Counted from the first letter of the stretch, positions 31,548-41,486 are shown. The stretch is 62,861 nucleotides of DNA from an uncultured Bacilli bacterium (GCA_947581765.1 CANPVU010000003.1:1-62861), one strand, 5' to 3'. A program made the numbers and translations. The notes: a model not told the origin generated them from the letters alone.

Positions 31548-33323
31548 ATGAACAAGAAGTATGATGATGAATTTTTTGATGAGTTAGATAAAACAACAGA
31601 TTTATTAAAAGCTTTTAAGCCACATGTTTCAACTACCGATAGTTTAAATGAGCTTGATGATATATCTGATTTATATAGTTCTTTTTCTAAAAAAACAGTG
31701 GAACAAAATAGATATGAGACTGTCAAAAAAGAAGAACCAAAATACGAAACTGTTAAACAAGAACCAAAAAAATATGAAAATATTAAACAAGAACCAAAAA
31801 GTTTTGAGTACATAGATAAGAAAGATTATAATACAGTAGATAATAAAGCAAGTAAGTTAAATACTAAACAAGCTTCAAAAATAGAAAATATAGAAAAACA
31901 AAAAGCTAAAATTAATAAAAAGAAAACACAAGATAAAACAGATATAAATGAAATAATAGATAAAATAAGTGTTACTGTAGAAGAAACAAAGAATAAACAA
32001 AAAACTGCAAAGATAAAAAAAGAGAAAAAAGAAAAAAAGAAGCATGAAAGTGAAAAAGTTAAATTTAGTCCTTTTGAACTTGCATTTTGTGCGTTTAGTG
32101 TACTATTTATAATAGGTTGTTTTGCTGTTTATGGTAGCAGATTTATGAAATATTATCGTGTTTATAATCCAAAAAGTCAAAGTGGTAAGTCATTACAATT
32201 ATTAACAACAGCAGTTGCTAAAAATTCACCTCTTGTTTATGAAAATGATGGATTATACATGGTTAATGGAGAATATGTATTTAAAGGAAAAAATGTAAAT
32301 AATTATTTAAGATTTTCTAATTTTACATGGCGTATAATTAAAACTAATTCAGATGGTACAATAGACATAGTATTAGATGATTATATAAATACATTAAGTT
32401 GGGCAAATAGAAATAAAACTTATTTAGAATCAGACATTCATAAATATTTGAATGAATATTTTATAAATTATTTGGATAAGAGTTATTTAACTCAAACAGT
32501 TATTTGTAAAGATGAAGTAAATGATTTAAAAAGCTTTTCTTGTGAAAGTAAAAATACAGAAAATTATGTAAGATTATTATCAGTTAGTGACTTTTTAAAT
32601 AGTAAAACAACAACTACATATATTTCTGATGAAAAATCAACATTATGGTTAAATACTGTATCAAGTGATAAAGTTTGGCATATAAATGGAATTAACTTAT
32701 CTTTAGCACAGCCAACTCGTTTATTAGGTATAAAACCAGTTGTTAGATTAAAAAGTGGTATTGCCTTAGTAAGTGGTAGTGGTACTGTTGATGATCCTTT
32801 TATGATATCTGAGGAAAGTAATAAGATATCAGTAGGTGATTATGTAAAGATTAGAACAGATACATATATTGTATACGATATAAATGATAATAAATTAAAC
32901 TTAGTATTAAATAAATCTTTACCTTTGAAACAACGCTTTGGTGCTACATTTGAACCTACTAATAATACATCATTAGCATTTATTTTAAACACTACATTAT
33001 ATAATTCAATTGCTTATAGAGATATATTATTAGATAAAGAATGGAATGTTGGAGCATATAATACAACATATGAAGACATTACAAGTAAAAAGGTAGTAGC
33101 AAAAATTGGACTATATGATTTAAGAGATTTAAAATTTAATAACAAATTACAAGATTACTATTTAATTAATAGTTTTAACTCAAAACCATTCTTATATGGA
33201 GCTGAAACTGTTACTGTAAATCCAAATATGGTTCAAAATGTAAGACCTGCTATTTGTATAAGTAATAGAGCAATTTTATCAGGTGAAGGAACAGAAGATA
33301 ATCCTTATGTTTTGGAGGCGTAG
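31548..33323 (+). CDS. Single-pass membrane protein with Lys/Glu-rich cytoplasmic repeats and large extracytoplasmic domain
   Basis: One TM helix (FELAFCAFSVLFIIGCFAVYG). The external part has two segments ending in (V/I)(K/R)P(V/A)... (GIKPVVRLKSG, NVRPAICISN), which may be DUF6273-like. Confidence 0.5.
   Translation: MNKKYDDEFFDELDKTTDLLKAFKPHVSTTDSLNELDDISDLYSSFSKKTVEQNRYETVKKEEPKYETVKQEPKKYENIKQEPKSFEYIDKKDYNTVDNKASKLNTKQASKIENIEKQKAKINKKKTQDKTDINEIIDKISVTVEETKNKQKTAKIKKEKKEKKKHESEKVKFSPFELAFCAFSVLFIIGCFAVYGSRFMKYYRVYNPKSQSGKSLQLLTTAVAKNSPLVYENDGLYMVNGEYVFKGKNVNNYLRFSNFTWRIIKTNSDGTIDIVLDDYINTLSWANRNKTYLESDIHKYLNEYFINYLDKSYLTQTVICKDEVNDLKSFSCESKNTENYVRLLSVSDFLNSKTTTTYISDEKSTLWLNTVSSDKVWHINGINLSLAQPTRLLGIKPVVRLKSGIALVSGSGTVDDPFMISEESNKISVGDYVKIRTDTYIVYDINDNKLNLVLNKSLPLKQRFGATFEPTNNTSLAFILNTTLYNSIAYRDILLDKEWNVGAYNTTYEDITSKKVVAKIGLYDLRDLKFNNKLQDYYLINSFNSKPFLYGAETVTVNPNMVQNVRPAICISNRAILSGEGTEDNPYVLEA
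31713..31810 (+). repeat. Imperfect tandem coding repeat (about 30 nt x 3)
   Basis: Encodes YETVKKEEPK / YETVKQEPKK / YENIKQEPKS / FEY. Confidence 0.7.
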
Positions 33324-33324
33324 T

Positions 33325-34332
33325 ATGAAGCATAAAAAGATAATGATTCCTATGATTTGTTTAGATATACTAGTAGCAATTTGTTTTGTAGTAGTATATG
33401 GTGTTGATAAATTTAAACAAACTATAATATCAACTGCTCTAGCTACAAAGACGCATCAATATATAGCATATACATTTTATAGTGAAGACACTGTAAAAAA
33501 TATTGCTAATCAAAATAGTTATGAAGAAATAACAGATACTGTAAACTTAGATGATATTGTAATAGATACATCGCCTAAAACTACATATGAAAATGAATAT
33601 GATGAAAAAGTATTGGTACGTGATCCTGGTAATAATGATTACAAGTATATACCTGTTAAAGTTGGAGGATACGATGCTCATTTAGTAGTTATATATGATC
33701 CTAGTAAAGTAAAATTAATTTCTTCTAAAACATTTAATACAGGAACAGGTATGGAATCAATACAAGACATGTGTAAAAGAGAAAATGGAAAAGTATGTAT
33801 TAATGGTGGTAGATTTAAAGATACTACAGGATGGGGTAGTGATATACCTAAAGGTACACTAATTAAAGATGGAAAAATAATCTGGTCAGATAGTTCTGCA
33901 AGAAGAAGTTTAATTGGTTTTACAAATGATAATAAATTGTTATTGATAAATGCTACTGCTGAGGAGGCATTAGCTAAAGGAATGCGTGATGCACTTGAAT
34001 TTGGACCATTTTTAATGGTAAATGGAAATAGTATTAAATTTAATTCAGAATCTGGTGGATATGAAAGAGCAGCTAGAGTTGCAATAGCACAAAGAAAAGA
34101 TGGAATAGTACTATTCTTAGTTACTGAAGGAGTACATACAAATGGACCAAATTTAAAAGAAGTAATAGATTTATTAAAATTATATGGAGCATATAATATT
34201 GCAAATCTAGATGGTGGAACATCAGCACAATTAGTTATAAATAACAAATTAATTAATAATCCAAAAAATATATACGGACAACCAGTTGAAGGTGGAAGAA
34301 AAGTAGTAAGTGGATTTGGATTATTAAATTAG
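33325..34332 (+). CDS. Phosphodiester glycosidase family protein (NAGPA/DUF2233-like), paralogue 1
   Basis: CINGGRFKDTTGWGSDIPKG, EFGPFLMVNG, RVAIAQRKDGIVLFLV and NLDGGTSAQL match the family. The ATG at 33325 follows a GGAGG RBS (33314-33318), so the track N-terminal extension is unlikely. One TM helix. Confidence 0.75.
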   Translation: MKHKKIMIPMICLDILVAICFVVVYGVDKFKQTIISTALATKTHQYIAYTFYSEDTVKNIANQNSYEEITDTVNLDDIVIDTSPKTTYENEYDEKVLVRDPGNNDYKYIPVKVGGYDAHLVVIYDPSKVKLISSKTFNTGTGMESIQDMCKRENGKVCINGGRFKDTTGWGSDIPKGTLIKDGKIIWSDSSARRSLIGFTNDNKLLLINATAEEALAKGMRDALEFGPFLMVNGNSIKFNSESGGYERAARVAIAQRKDGIVLFLVTEGVHTNGPNLKEVIDLLKLYGAYNIANLDGGTSAQLVINNKLINNPKNIYGQPVEGGRKVVSGFGLLN

Positions 34333-34372
34333 GTATAGCAAAGCTATACCTTTATTTTAAGGAGTAATAATA

Positions 34373-35659
34373 ATGAATAATGAAGTAAAAGATAAAGTAG
34401 AAGAAGAGTTAGAAAAATCGACAATTAAAAGGAAAAAAACAAAAAAAGATGGTATATTTTTAATGGGAATTAGTTATGTAGTTATACCTATATTAGTATC
34501 TATGATTATAATAAGTATGCATAGTAAAAAGCTAATTACAGATAATATTTTAGATATATCATACATAATATTAGTAGCGGCTTTAATATTATTTGTATTT
34601 GGATTAGGAATGTTCTTATGTAATATAAAAATTAAAACAGAGAAAAAAGTTCATAAATTTTTTAAATATTTATATATTTTTTCTATGACTATATATACAG
34701 TATTTTGTGCTACAATACTAATAATGTTATATGGACCTATAGATTCATTTAAGGAAATGATAATTACAAATTCAAAAAATGGAAGTACGGAAGATAAGAT
34801 TTGCAGATGGTTATATAGTGAAGAAGAAATAAATGAGTATTTACCAAAAGAAAAAGAAGATGAAGAGGAAAACAAGGAAGAAAAAGAACCAGAAGAACCA
34901 AAAAAAGTTGAATATGCTAATGAATATGAAAAAGCTGTATTAACTAAAAACGAGGGAAATGAAGATTACAAATATATTCCAGTTAAAGTAGGTGGATATG
35001 ATGCACATTTAGTTGTAATATATGATCCTAGTAAAATACATTTAATTACATCTAAAGCATTTAATACAGGTAGTGGAATGGAAACTATCCAATCAATGTG
35101 TAAAAGAAATAAAGGAAAAGTATGTATTAATGGTGGTAGATTTAAAGATACTACAGGATGGGGTAGTGATATTCCTAAAGGTGTACTAATAAAGGATAGT
35201 AAGATTATATGGAAAGATAATAGTGGAAAAAGAGAAATTATTGGATTTACTAAAGACAATAAACTACTACTTACAAAAGCTACAGCAGAAGAAGCAGTAG
35301 CACAAGGAATAAGAGATGGATTAGAATTTGGACCATTCTTAATGGTAAATGGAAAAGCAACTACATTTAACTCAGCATCAGGAGGATATGAAAGAGCAGC
35401 TAGAGTTGCAATGGCTCAAAGAAAAGATGGAATAGTTTTATTCCTTGTAACTGAAGGAAAACATACAAAAGGACCAAACCTTGTAGAAGTAATAGATTTA
35501 TTAAAATTATATGGAGCATATAATATTGCAAATCTAGATGGTGGTGCTTCTTCACAATTAGTTATTGAAAATAAATTAATTAATAAACCATTAAATGTAT
35601 ATGGCGAATTAGTAAAAGGTGGAAGAAAAGTAGTAAGTGGATTTGGTTTATTAAATTAG
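34373..35659 (+). CDS. Phosphodiester glycosidase family protein, paralogue 2 (polytopic N-terminus)
   Basis: The catalytic half is nearly identical in long stretches to paralogue 1 (YKYIPVKVGGYDAHLVVIYDPSK, KVCINGGRFKDTTGWGSDIPKG). The N-terminal half has 3-4 TM helices. Confidence 0.75.
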   Translation: MNNEVKDKVEEELEKSTIKRKKTKKDGIFLMGISYVVIPILVSMIIISMHSKKLITDNILDISYIILVAALILFVFGLGMFLCNIKIKTEKKVHKFFKYLYIFSMTIYTVFCATILIMLYGPIDSFKEMIITNSKNGSTEDKICRWLYSEEEINEYLPKEKEDEEENKEEKEPEEPKKVEYANEYEKAVLTKNEGNEDYKYIPVKVGGYDAHLVVIYDPSKIHLITSKAFNTGSGMETIQSMCKRNKGKVCINGGRFKDTTGWGSDIPKGVLIKDSKIIWKDNSGKREIIGFTKDNKLLLTKATAEEAVAQGIRDGLEFGPFLMVNGKATTFNSASGGYERAARVAMAQRKDGIVLFLVTEGKHTKGPNLVEVIDLLKLYGAYNIANLDGGASSQLVIENKLINKPLNVYGELVKGGRKVVSGFGLLN

Positions 35660-35678
35660 TATAAAGGATGTATGATGT

Positions 35679-36971
35679 ATGCAAAAAGATATTAGCAAAA
35701 AAGAAAAGAAAAATATAAAAAAAGAGGTAAAAATTAAAAAGAGATCTATTCTATGTATTAGAGTTAGTTTATTATTTATACCTCTTTTGATTTCTTTATT
35801 AATAATAAGTACACATAGTAAAGAATTAATCAATTCTATTGCTCAAATTATTATTTTTATATTACTACTAATATCTATTATAATATTAATATCAAGTATT
35901 ATAATTTACTCTAAAAGACGTAGAATACATTTAAAAAAAGGTAAAATATTTAAATATATATTTATAGTTATTTATATTATATATGTTTTTATTCATATTA
36001 CTTTTATTACATTATTATATGGTCCAATAAATACATTTAAAGATTGGTTAGTAACTACTGCTATGAATACTAAAGATCATAAATATTTTTGTACTTGGCT
36101 ATATAGTAATGAAGAAATAGATGAGGTAAAAAATAGAAATTATATAAAAGAACCAAGTGGTTCTACGGATGAAAGATTAGTTAATACTGAACCAAAGGAA
36201 GAAGAAAAACAGATTGAATATGCTAATGAATATGAAAGGCAAGTACTTACTAAAGACGAAGGTAATGATCTATATAAGATTATCAATTTAGAAGTAAACG
36301 GTTGTAAAGCGTATTTAGCAGTAATATATGACCCATCAAAAGTAGGTATTACTACTACTGATAAAGTAGGAGTAAGAGGACAATATGTAACTACTATGGC
36401 AAAAAGAGAAAATGCATTAGTAGCAATTAATGGCGCAGGTTTTTATGATCCTGGCTATACAAGTTCAGGTGGTTGTCCTAAGGGAATTACCATAGTTGAT
36501 GGTAAAATAATTACTAATAATGAATATGGAAGAGTAACAACTGGAGGATTAATTGGTCTAACAAAAGATAATAAATTAGTTTTATTAAGAGGAGTAAGTG
36601 CTAAAGAAGCAATTAACCAAGGTGTAAGAGATGCTGTTAGTTGGGGACCATTTTTAGTAGTAAACGGAAAAGCTGCATATACCAAAGGTAATGGTGGTTG
36701 GGGATATGCTGCACGTACTGCTATTGGTCAAAGAAAAGATGGAATAATTTTATTTTTAGTAGTTGATAGTAATTATAATCGTACAAAGGGTGCAGATATG
36801 TCCGATTTAACAGAGATAATGGTAAATTATGGTGCTGTTAATGCAACTAATTTGGATGGAGGAACATCTAGTGTTATGGTAGTTAATGGAGAGATGATAA
36901 GTCATCCAATAGATTCTTCATTACAAAATGAAACTAGACCTATAGCAACTTCTTTCATAGTAACAAAGTAA
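35679..36971 (+). CDS. Phosphodiester glycosidase family protein, paralogue 3 (polytopic N-terminus, more divergent)
   Basis: AINGAGFYDPGYTSSGGCPKG, SWGPFLVVNG, RTAIGQRKDGIILFLVVD and NLDGGTSS. The architecture matches paralogue 2. Confidence 0.75.
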   Translation: MQKDISKKEKKNIKKEVKIKKRSILCIRVSLLFIPLLISLLIISTHSKELINSIAQIIIFILLLISIIILISSIIIYSKRRRIHLKKGKIFKYIFIVIYIIYVFIHITFITLLYGPINTFKDWLVTTAMNTKDHKYFCTWLYSNEEIDEVKNRNYIKEPSGSTDERLVNTEPKEEEKQIEYANEYERQVLTKDEGNDLYKIINLEVNGCKAYLAVIYDPSKVGITTTDKVGVRGQYVTTMAKRENALVAINGAGFYDPGYTSSGGCPKGITIVDGKIITNNEYGRVTTGGLIGLTKDNKLVLLRGVSAKEAINQGVRDAVSWGPFLVVNGKAAYTKGNGGWGYAARTAIGQRKDGIILFLVVDSNYNRTKGADMSDLTEIMVNYGAVNATNLDGGTSSVMVVNGEMISHPIDSSLQNETRPIATSFIVTK

Positions 36972-36972
36972 A

Positions 36973-37007
36973 GAACCTACACAATTTTGTGTAGATTCTT
37001 TTTTTTT
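36973..37007 (+). terminator. Rho-independent terminator closing the glycosidase triplet
   Basis: Stem gaacctacaca pairs with tgtgtagattc (one mismatch) around loop attt, followed by a 9-T run. Confidence 0.7.
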
Positions 37008-37163
37008 GCCTTTTTAGTATTTATAACTACAAATTGATATGAACTCCATTTCTTGTATAAAGAAATTGGATCCATATTAAATAAGGTAGTTTTTTTTATA
37101 TGAATTGTTCATATAAGGGTTCACTTTGTGACTAATTTTTGTAAATAAATGGGGTGAGTAATA

Positions 37164-38276
37164 ATGAAATATGACTATGTAGTAGTTGGGGCAGGTTTAT
37201 TTGGTGCTACTTTTGCTAATTTAGCAAATAAAGATGGGAAAAAAGTATTAGTTGTAGATAAGAGAAATCATATAGGAGGCAATGTTTATACTGAAAATAT
37301 TGAAGGTATAAATGTTCATAAATACGGTGCTCATATATTTCATACAGATTATAAAGATGTGTGGGATTATGTAAATTCATTTGTAGAATTTAATAGGTAT
37401 ACAAATAGTCCAGTAGCAAGAATTAAAAATGAAGTTTATAATATGCCTTTCAATATGAATACATTCTCAAAAATATGGAATGATGTTTTTACACCTGAAG
37501 ATGCATTAAGACATATTAATGAAGAAAGAAAGGAAATGGAAGGAAAAGAACCCAAAAATTTAGAAGAACAAGCAATAAGTTTAGTTGGTAGAACAATTTA
37601 TGAAAAGTTAGTAAAGGGTTATACAGAAAAACAATGGAATCGAGATTGTAAAGACTTACCACCATTCATTATAAAAAGATTGCCAGTTAGATTTGTATAT
37701 GACAATAATTATTTCAATGATAAATATCAAGGCATTCCAATTGGCGGTTATACAAAATTAGTTGAAAACATGCTTAAAGGAATAGAAGTTAAATTAAATA
37801 CAAATTTCTTTGACAATGTTAATTATTATAAATCACTTGCAAAAAAAATTGTTTATACTGGCCCTATTGATGAATATTTTAATTATTCACTAGGCAAACT
37901 TGAATGGAGGTCATTAAAATTTGATACAAAATTGTTTAATGAAGTAAATTATCAAGGAAATGCAGTAGTTAATTATACTGGCCATGAAGTTGATTATACT
38001 AGAGTTATAGAACATAAACATTTTGAATTTGATTTAACAAATCCTAAAACTATTGTTACTTTTGAATATCCTGCCGATTATGAAGAAGGAATGGAAAAAT
38101 ATTATACAGTTAATGATGATAAAAATAATGAATTAGCAGAAGAATATAAAAAATTAGCACAAAATGAAGAAAATGTTATTTTTGGTGGCAGATTGGCTGA
38201 ATATAAATATTACGATATGGATGATGTAATAAAATCTGCTTTTGATTACTATAAAAAAAGAAAAAGGGAGAACTAA
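37164..38276 (+). CDS. glf: UDP-galactopyranose mutase
   Basis: YDYVVVGAGLFGATFA, GGNVYTE, HKYGAHIFHT, GYTEKQW and GRLAEYKYYDMD match the family. Confidence 0.95.
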   Translation: MKYDYVVVGAGLFGATFANLANKDGKKVLVVDKRNHIGGNVYTENIEGINVHKYGAHIFHTDYKDVWDYVNSFVEFNRYTNSPVARIKNEVYNMPFNMNTFSKIWNDVFTPEDALRHINEERKEMEGKEPKNLEEQAISLVGRTIYEKLVKGYTEKQWNRDCKDLPPFIIKRLPVRFVYDNNYFNDKYQGIPIGGYTKLVENMLKGIEVKLNTNFFDNVNYYKSLAKKIVYTGPIDEYFNYSLGKLEWRSLKFDTKLFNEVNYQGNAVVNYTGHEVDYTRVIEHKHFEFDLTNPKTIVTFEYPADYEEGMEKYYTVNDDKNNELAEEYKKLAQNEENVIFGGRLAEYKYYDMDDVIKSAFDYYKKRKREN

Positions 38277-38277
38277 G

Positions 38278-39057
38278 ATGAAAAGTAAAATTGTAGTTAT
38301 TATTGCTGCACATAAAAAATATGAAATGCCAATTGACAAAATGTATTTACCTTTACATGTTGGAGCTGAAGGAAAAAATGATTTAGGCTATATTAAAGAC
38401 AATACGGGTCAAAATATATCAATTAAAAATCCATATTTTTGTGAACTAACTGGAATATACTGGGCATGGAAAAATTTAGATGCTGATTATATAGGTTTAT
38501 CTCATTATAGACGGCATTTTTCATATAAAAAGAAGTCTAAAAATAAATTTAAAAATATATTAACATTAAGAGAAGCAAAAAAAATATTAGAAACAACAGA
38601 TGTCATTTTGCCAAAAAAAAGAAAATATTATATAGAAAATTTGTATAGTCATTACGATCATACTATGTATGTAGAACCATTAGACGAAACAGGCAGAATT
38701 ATAAAAGAAAAATATCCAGATTATTTTGAATATTTTCAAAGATTGCATCATAGAACAAGTGCGCACATGTTTAATATGTTTATAATGAAAAAAGAAATAT
38801 TTAATGGATATTGTGAATGGTTATTTGATATTTTATTTGAGTTAGAAAAAAGGATAGATAATACAAACTATGATAATTTTCATGCAAGATTTTATGGAAG
38901 AATATCTGAATTATTATTAGATGTTTATTTACAAAAAAATAATGTTTCATATAAAGAAGTTAAATTTATTTATATGGAAAAAATAAATAAAATTAAAAAA
39001 ATAACTAGTTTTTTAAAAGCTAAATTTATTGGTGAAAAGTATGGAAAAAGTTTTTGA
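38278..39057 (+). CDS. DUF4422-family glycosyltransferase (WbbI-like, probable galactofuranosyltransferase)
   Basis: VVIIAAHKKYEMP, LHVGAEGK, ELTGIYWAWKN and GLSHYRRHF match the family. It lies directly after glf. The ATG at 38278 follows an AGGGAG RBS. Confidence 0.7.
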   Translation: MKSKIVVIIAAHKKYEMPIDKMYLPLHVGAEGKNDLGYIKDNTGQNISIKNPYFCELTGIYWAWKNLDADYIGLSHYRRHFSYKKKSKNKFKNILTLREAKKILETTDVILPKKRKYYIENLYSHYDHTMYVEPLDETGRIIKEKYPDYFEYFQRLHHRTSAHMFNMFIMKKEIFNGYCEWLFDILFELEKRIDNTNYDNFHARFYGRISELLLDVYLQKNNVSYKEVKFIYMEKINKIKKITSFLKAKFIGEKYGKSF

Positions 39058-40066
39058 TATAGATTTGTTTGTTTCATCTACTCCATATCACGTTATTGTT
39101 TCATGTGCATTTATGAAAGAAGGGGATTATTTAATTATTGAAAATAATGAATCAATAGATGATTATATAATAAATAATTATGTTAAAAAAAAATTTAAAA
39201 ATAGAATTATTAGTGTTGATTATTATAGAAATTTATTTAAAAAAGATGTTTTTAGAGCAAAAAGAAATTTTAGTAAAATTAAAAAAGTGTTAAAAAATAT
39301 AAAAATAAATAATATTTATATTTTCAATGATGCAGAACCATATGGACAGTATTTATTTAAACATTATAAACAAAGTAAACATTGCATATTAGAAGAGGGT
39401 ATAGGTTTATATAATGATATGTATCATAGAAAATGGCTAATAAAATTAATATATGGTAAATTTTTTTTTGGATATTGGTATACTGTTATTAAAAGAATAG
39501 GCGAATATAAATATTCAGAATTTATTTTTTCAAAAGACAATAAATTATTATCTAATAAACAACTTTCAAAGAAAATAATTTACGAAAATTATAAAAAAAT
39601 TGATGATTTGCTAATAGAAAGTAACGAAAAAATAAAAAGAAAAATATGGTTTATTTCGCAACCTTTAGTTGAAGATGAAATATGTGAAAGTAATTTATAT
39701 GATGCATTTTTTTCATCACTTGTTAAAATTGCTTCTGAAAATAATATAGTAATATCACTAAAACCTCATCCAAGAGAAAACATAAAAAAATATTCAAAAT
39801 TTAGTAAAGATATTGAAATAGTAAATAAAAAAAATATTCCTTTTGAATTATTATTAGATACAAGTGAAAAAGTATATTTATTTACAATTTCATCTTCAGC
39901 AGTTTTTAAATTTTCTGAAATAAACAATGTAGAGATTTGTTTTTTACACAAATTAATAAAAACAAAAATAGACTATTCGAATATTACGTGTAATGAATAT
40001 AAAAAGGATGTTATAAAAACTTATGATGATTTGAACAAAATAATAAGGAGAATTAATAATGTATAA
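39041..40066 (+). CDS. Candidate sialyl/nonulosonate transferase-like protein
   Basis: No family recognised outright. It carries EEG (nt 39392-39400) and HP (nt 39767-39772) in the order and spacing of the bacterial sialyltransferase D/E-D/E-G and HP motifs. It sits in a locus with NeuA/NeuB-family genes. Confidence 0.4.
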   Translation: MEKVFDIDLFVSSTPYHVIVSCAFMKEGDYLIIENNESIDDYIINNYVKKKFKNRIISVDYYRNLFKKDVFRAKRNFSKIKKVLKNIKINNIYIFNDAEPYGQYLFKHYKQSKHCILEEGIGLYNDMYHRKWLIKLIYGKFFFGYWYTVIKRIGEYKYSEFIFSKDNKLLSNKQLSKKIIYENYKKIDDLLIESNEKIKRKIWFISQPLVEDEICESNLYDAFFSSLVKIASENNIVISLKPHPRENIKKYSKFSKDIEIVNKKNIPFELLLDTSEKVYLFTISSSAVFKFSEINNVEICFLHKLIKTKIDYSNITCNEYKKDVIKTYDDLNKIIRRINNV

Positions 40067-41486
40067 AAACTATTTTATATTATATATTGGAATGTATGCT
40101 TCTTTGTTCTTATGTTCCATTTTATCCAATATTATTAATACAGATTTTATAGTATTATTTCTTTTCATTCTTTTCATAATAGTTTTTTTAAAAAAAAATT
40201 TTTACACTATTCCAAAATATATATCAATTTACGTATATACTTTTATTTTTTTGGTTGGAGTATTTATCTGTGAAAATTTTAATTTTTACTTAAGAGAATT
40301 GAATGTTATATCGAAACATTATGGATCATTTCCAATGGCAGTTTTATACAGTATGATACTTATAAGTAGCCTGTTATATTTTGATAAAAAATATTCTAGA
40401 CGAATGTTTTATAATTTTCAAAATTTAAAATCAAATCTTTCAGTTTTTATATCTAATTATATATATATTTTTATTTTTTTTGGAGGAATCGTATTGTTTC
40501 TTTCAGTTATAACAGTGCCCAGCTTTAAAATGGGAATAGACAGATTTCAGTACGAGCAAATATATTTAAACAAATATGTAAAATTATTTGCTTCATATTA
40601 TAAATATTTATTACCATTTACGATCCTACCTATGATCTTAAAAAATGGAAATATAAAGAAAAAAATTTCAAAAATTTTAATTTCACTTACGCCATATATT
40701 TTATATAAGGTTTGGGTTGGAAATAAATTTGGAGCAATTTTTGATATTTTAATTTTATTCTTTCCAATTATTATTTTTTATGTTGGTAATATAAAAAATA
40801 ATTTTAACTTGGATAAAAAACAAAATTTGATAATTGTTACAAAAGCATCTGACAATATAAAAATTTTTAAATCACTTGGAATTATTTTTATTTTTTTAGT
40901 ATTTATTTTAAGTATTTTCTACATTTCGAGAGGAAAAGATGCAAAATCAAGTATAATTGATAGAGTGTCTCAGCAAGGACAATTATGGTGGAAAATATAT
41001 GGTACATATGAGATTGGTGAATTACATATTTCAGAAATCAATGATGAATTAATACCGTTATTCAATTATAATGATATGAGTATATACGATTATAAGTTCG
41101 GAGTATATAAAATGATGCAATTAACTACTCCTAATAATATTTATAAGGCAAAAATTGCTACAGGTGCTAGATATAGTTCCCAAGGCATTGAAATTGCTTA
41201 CTATTATTTTAATATTGTTGGCCTTGTTGTTCATGCTATTTTGAGAGGCTTTTTTATCGTGATAATAATAAATTTATATATTAAATATTTTTTTTCAGGA
41301 CGATTTCTTGAGTCAATAATCATGGCTAGAATATTAATAATTAATAATTCTATATTTACACAAGGTGATTTATATAATTTAACGAAACCTGAATTTATTA
41401 TAATGTTAATCATTCTTATCGTTATGAATATGGTTTATAAAAAAAATTCTCATAAAAATCTAAGTGGGGTAAAGTCTTATGAATAA
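40059..41486 (+). CDS. Polytopic membrane protein, candidate Wzy-type polymerase
   Basis: About 10-12 hydrophobic helices with one larger loop, no family motif recognised. Its position beside the Wzx flippase suggests a polymerase. Confidence 0.45.
   Translation: MYKNYFILYIGMYASLFLCSILSNIINTDFIVLFLFILFIIVFLKKNFYTIPKYISIYVYTFIFLVGVFICENFNFYLRELNVISKHYGSFPMAVLYSMILISSLLYFDKKYSRRMFYNFQNLKSNLSVFISNYIYIFIFFGGIVLFLSVITVPSFKMGIDRFQYEQIYLNKYVKLFASYYKYLLPFTILPMILKNGNIKKKISKILISLTPYILYKVWVGNKFGAIFDILILFFPIIIFYVGNIKNNFNLDKKQNLIIVTKASDNIKIFKSLGIIFIFLVFILSIFYISRGKDAKSSIIDRVSQQGQLWWKIYGTYEIGELHISEINDELIPLFNYNDMSIYDYKFGVYKMMQLTTPNNIYKAKIATGARYSSQGIEIAYYYFNIVGLVVHAILRGFFIVIIINLYIKYFFSGRFLESIIMARILIINNSIFTQGDLYNLTKPEFIIMLIILIVMNMVYKKNSHKNLSGVKSYE

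Noticed and set aside
33283-33324. N-terminal extensions in the ORF track. They occur at the track starts 33283, 46802, 2032, 14622, 19926, 38242, 39029 and 49298, and at the minus-strand track starts 54159, 60101 and 46836.
   Set aside because: In each case an internal ATG has a properly spaced Shine-Dalgarno sequence. Often a -10 element also lies downstream of the upstream candidate start. Several extensions would overlap the preceding gene or a promoter.
33678-34247. A 189-aa minus-strand ORF lies inside phosphodiester glycosidase paralogue 1. Similar antisense ORFs occur at 34966-35259 and 36455-36685.
   Set aside because: They lie antisense to strongly conserved catalytic-domain coding sequence. 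Their recurrence in all three paralogues follows from sense-strand conservation. They have no RBS and an odd composition (Pro/Ser/Leu-rich).
37098-37116. The palindrome tatatgaa-ttg-ttcatata upstream of glf, as a possible operator of the polysaccharide locus.
   Set aside because: It is plausible, but it is an A/T-dominated 8+8 inverted repeat with no identifiable regulator gene in the locus. I did not consider it strong enough to list as a feature.
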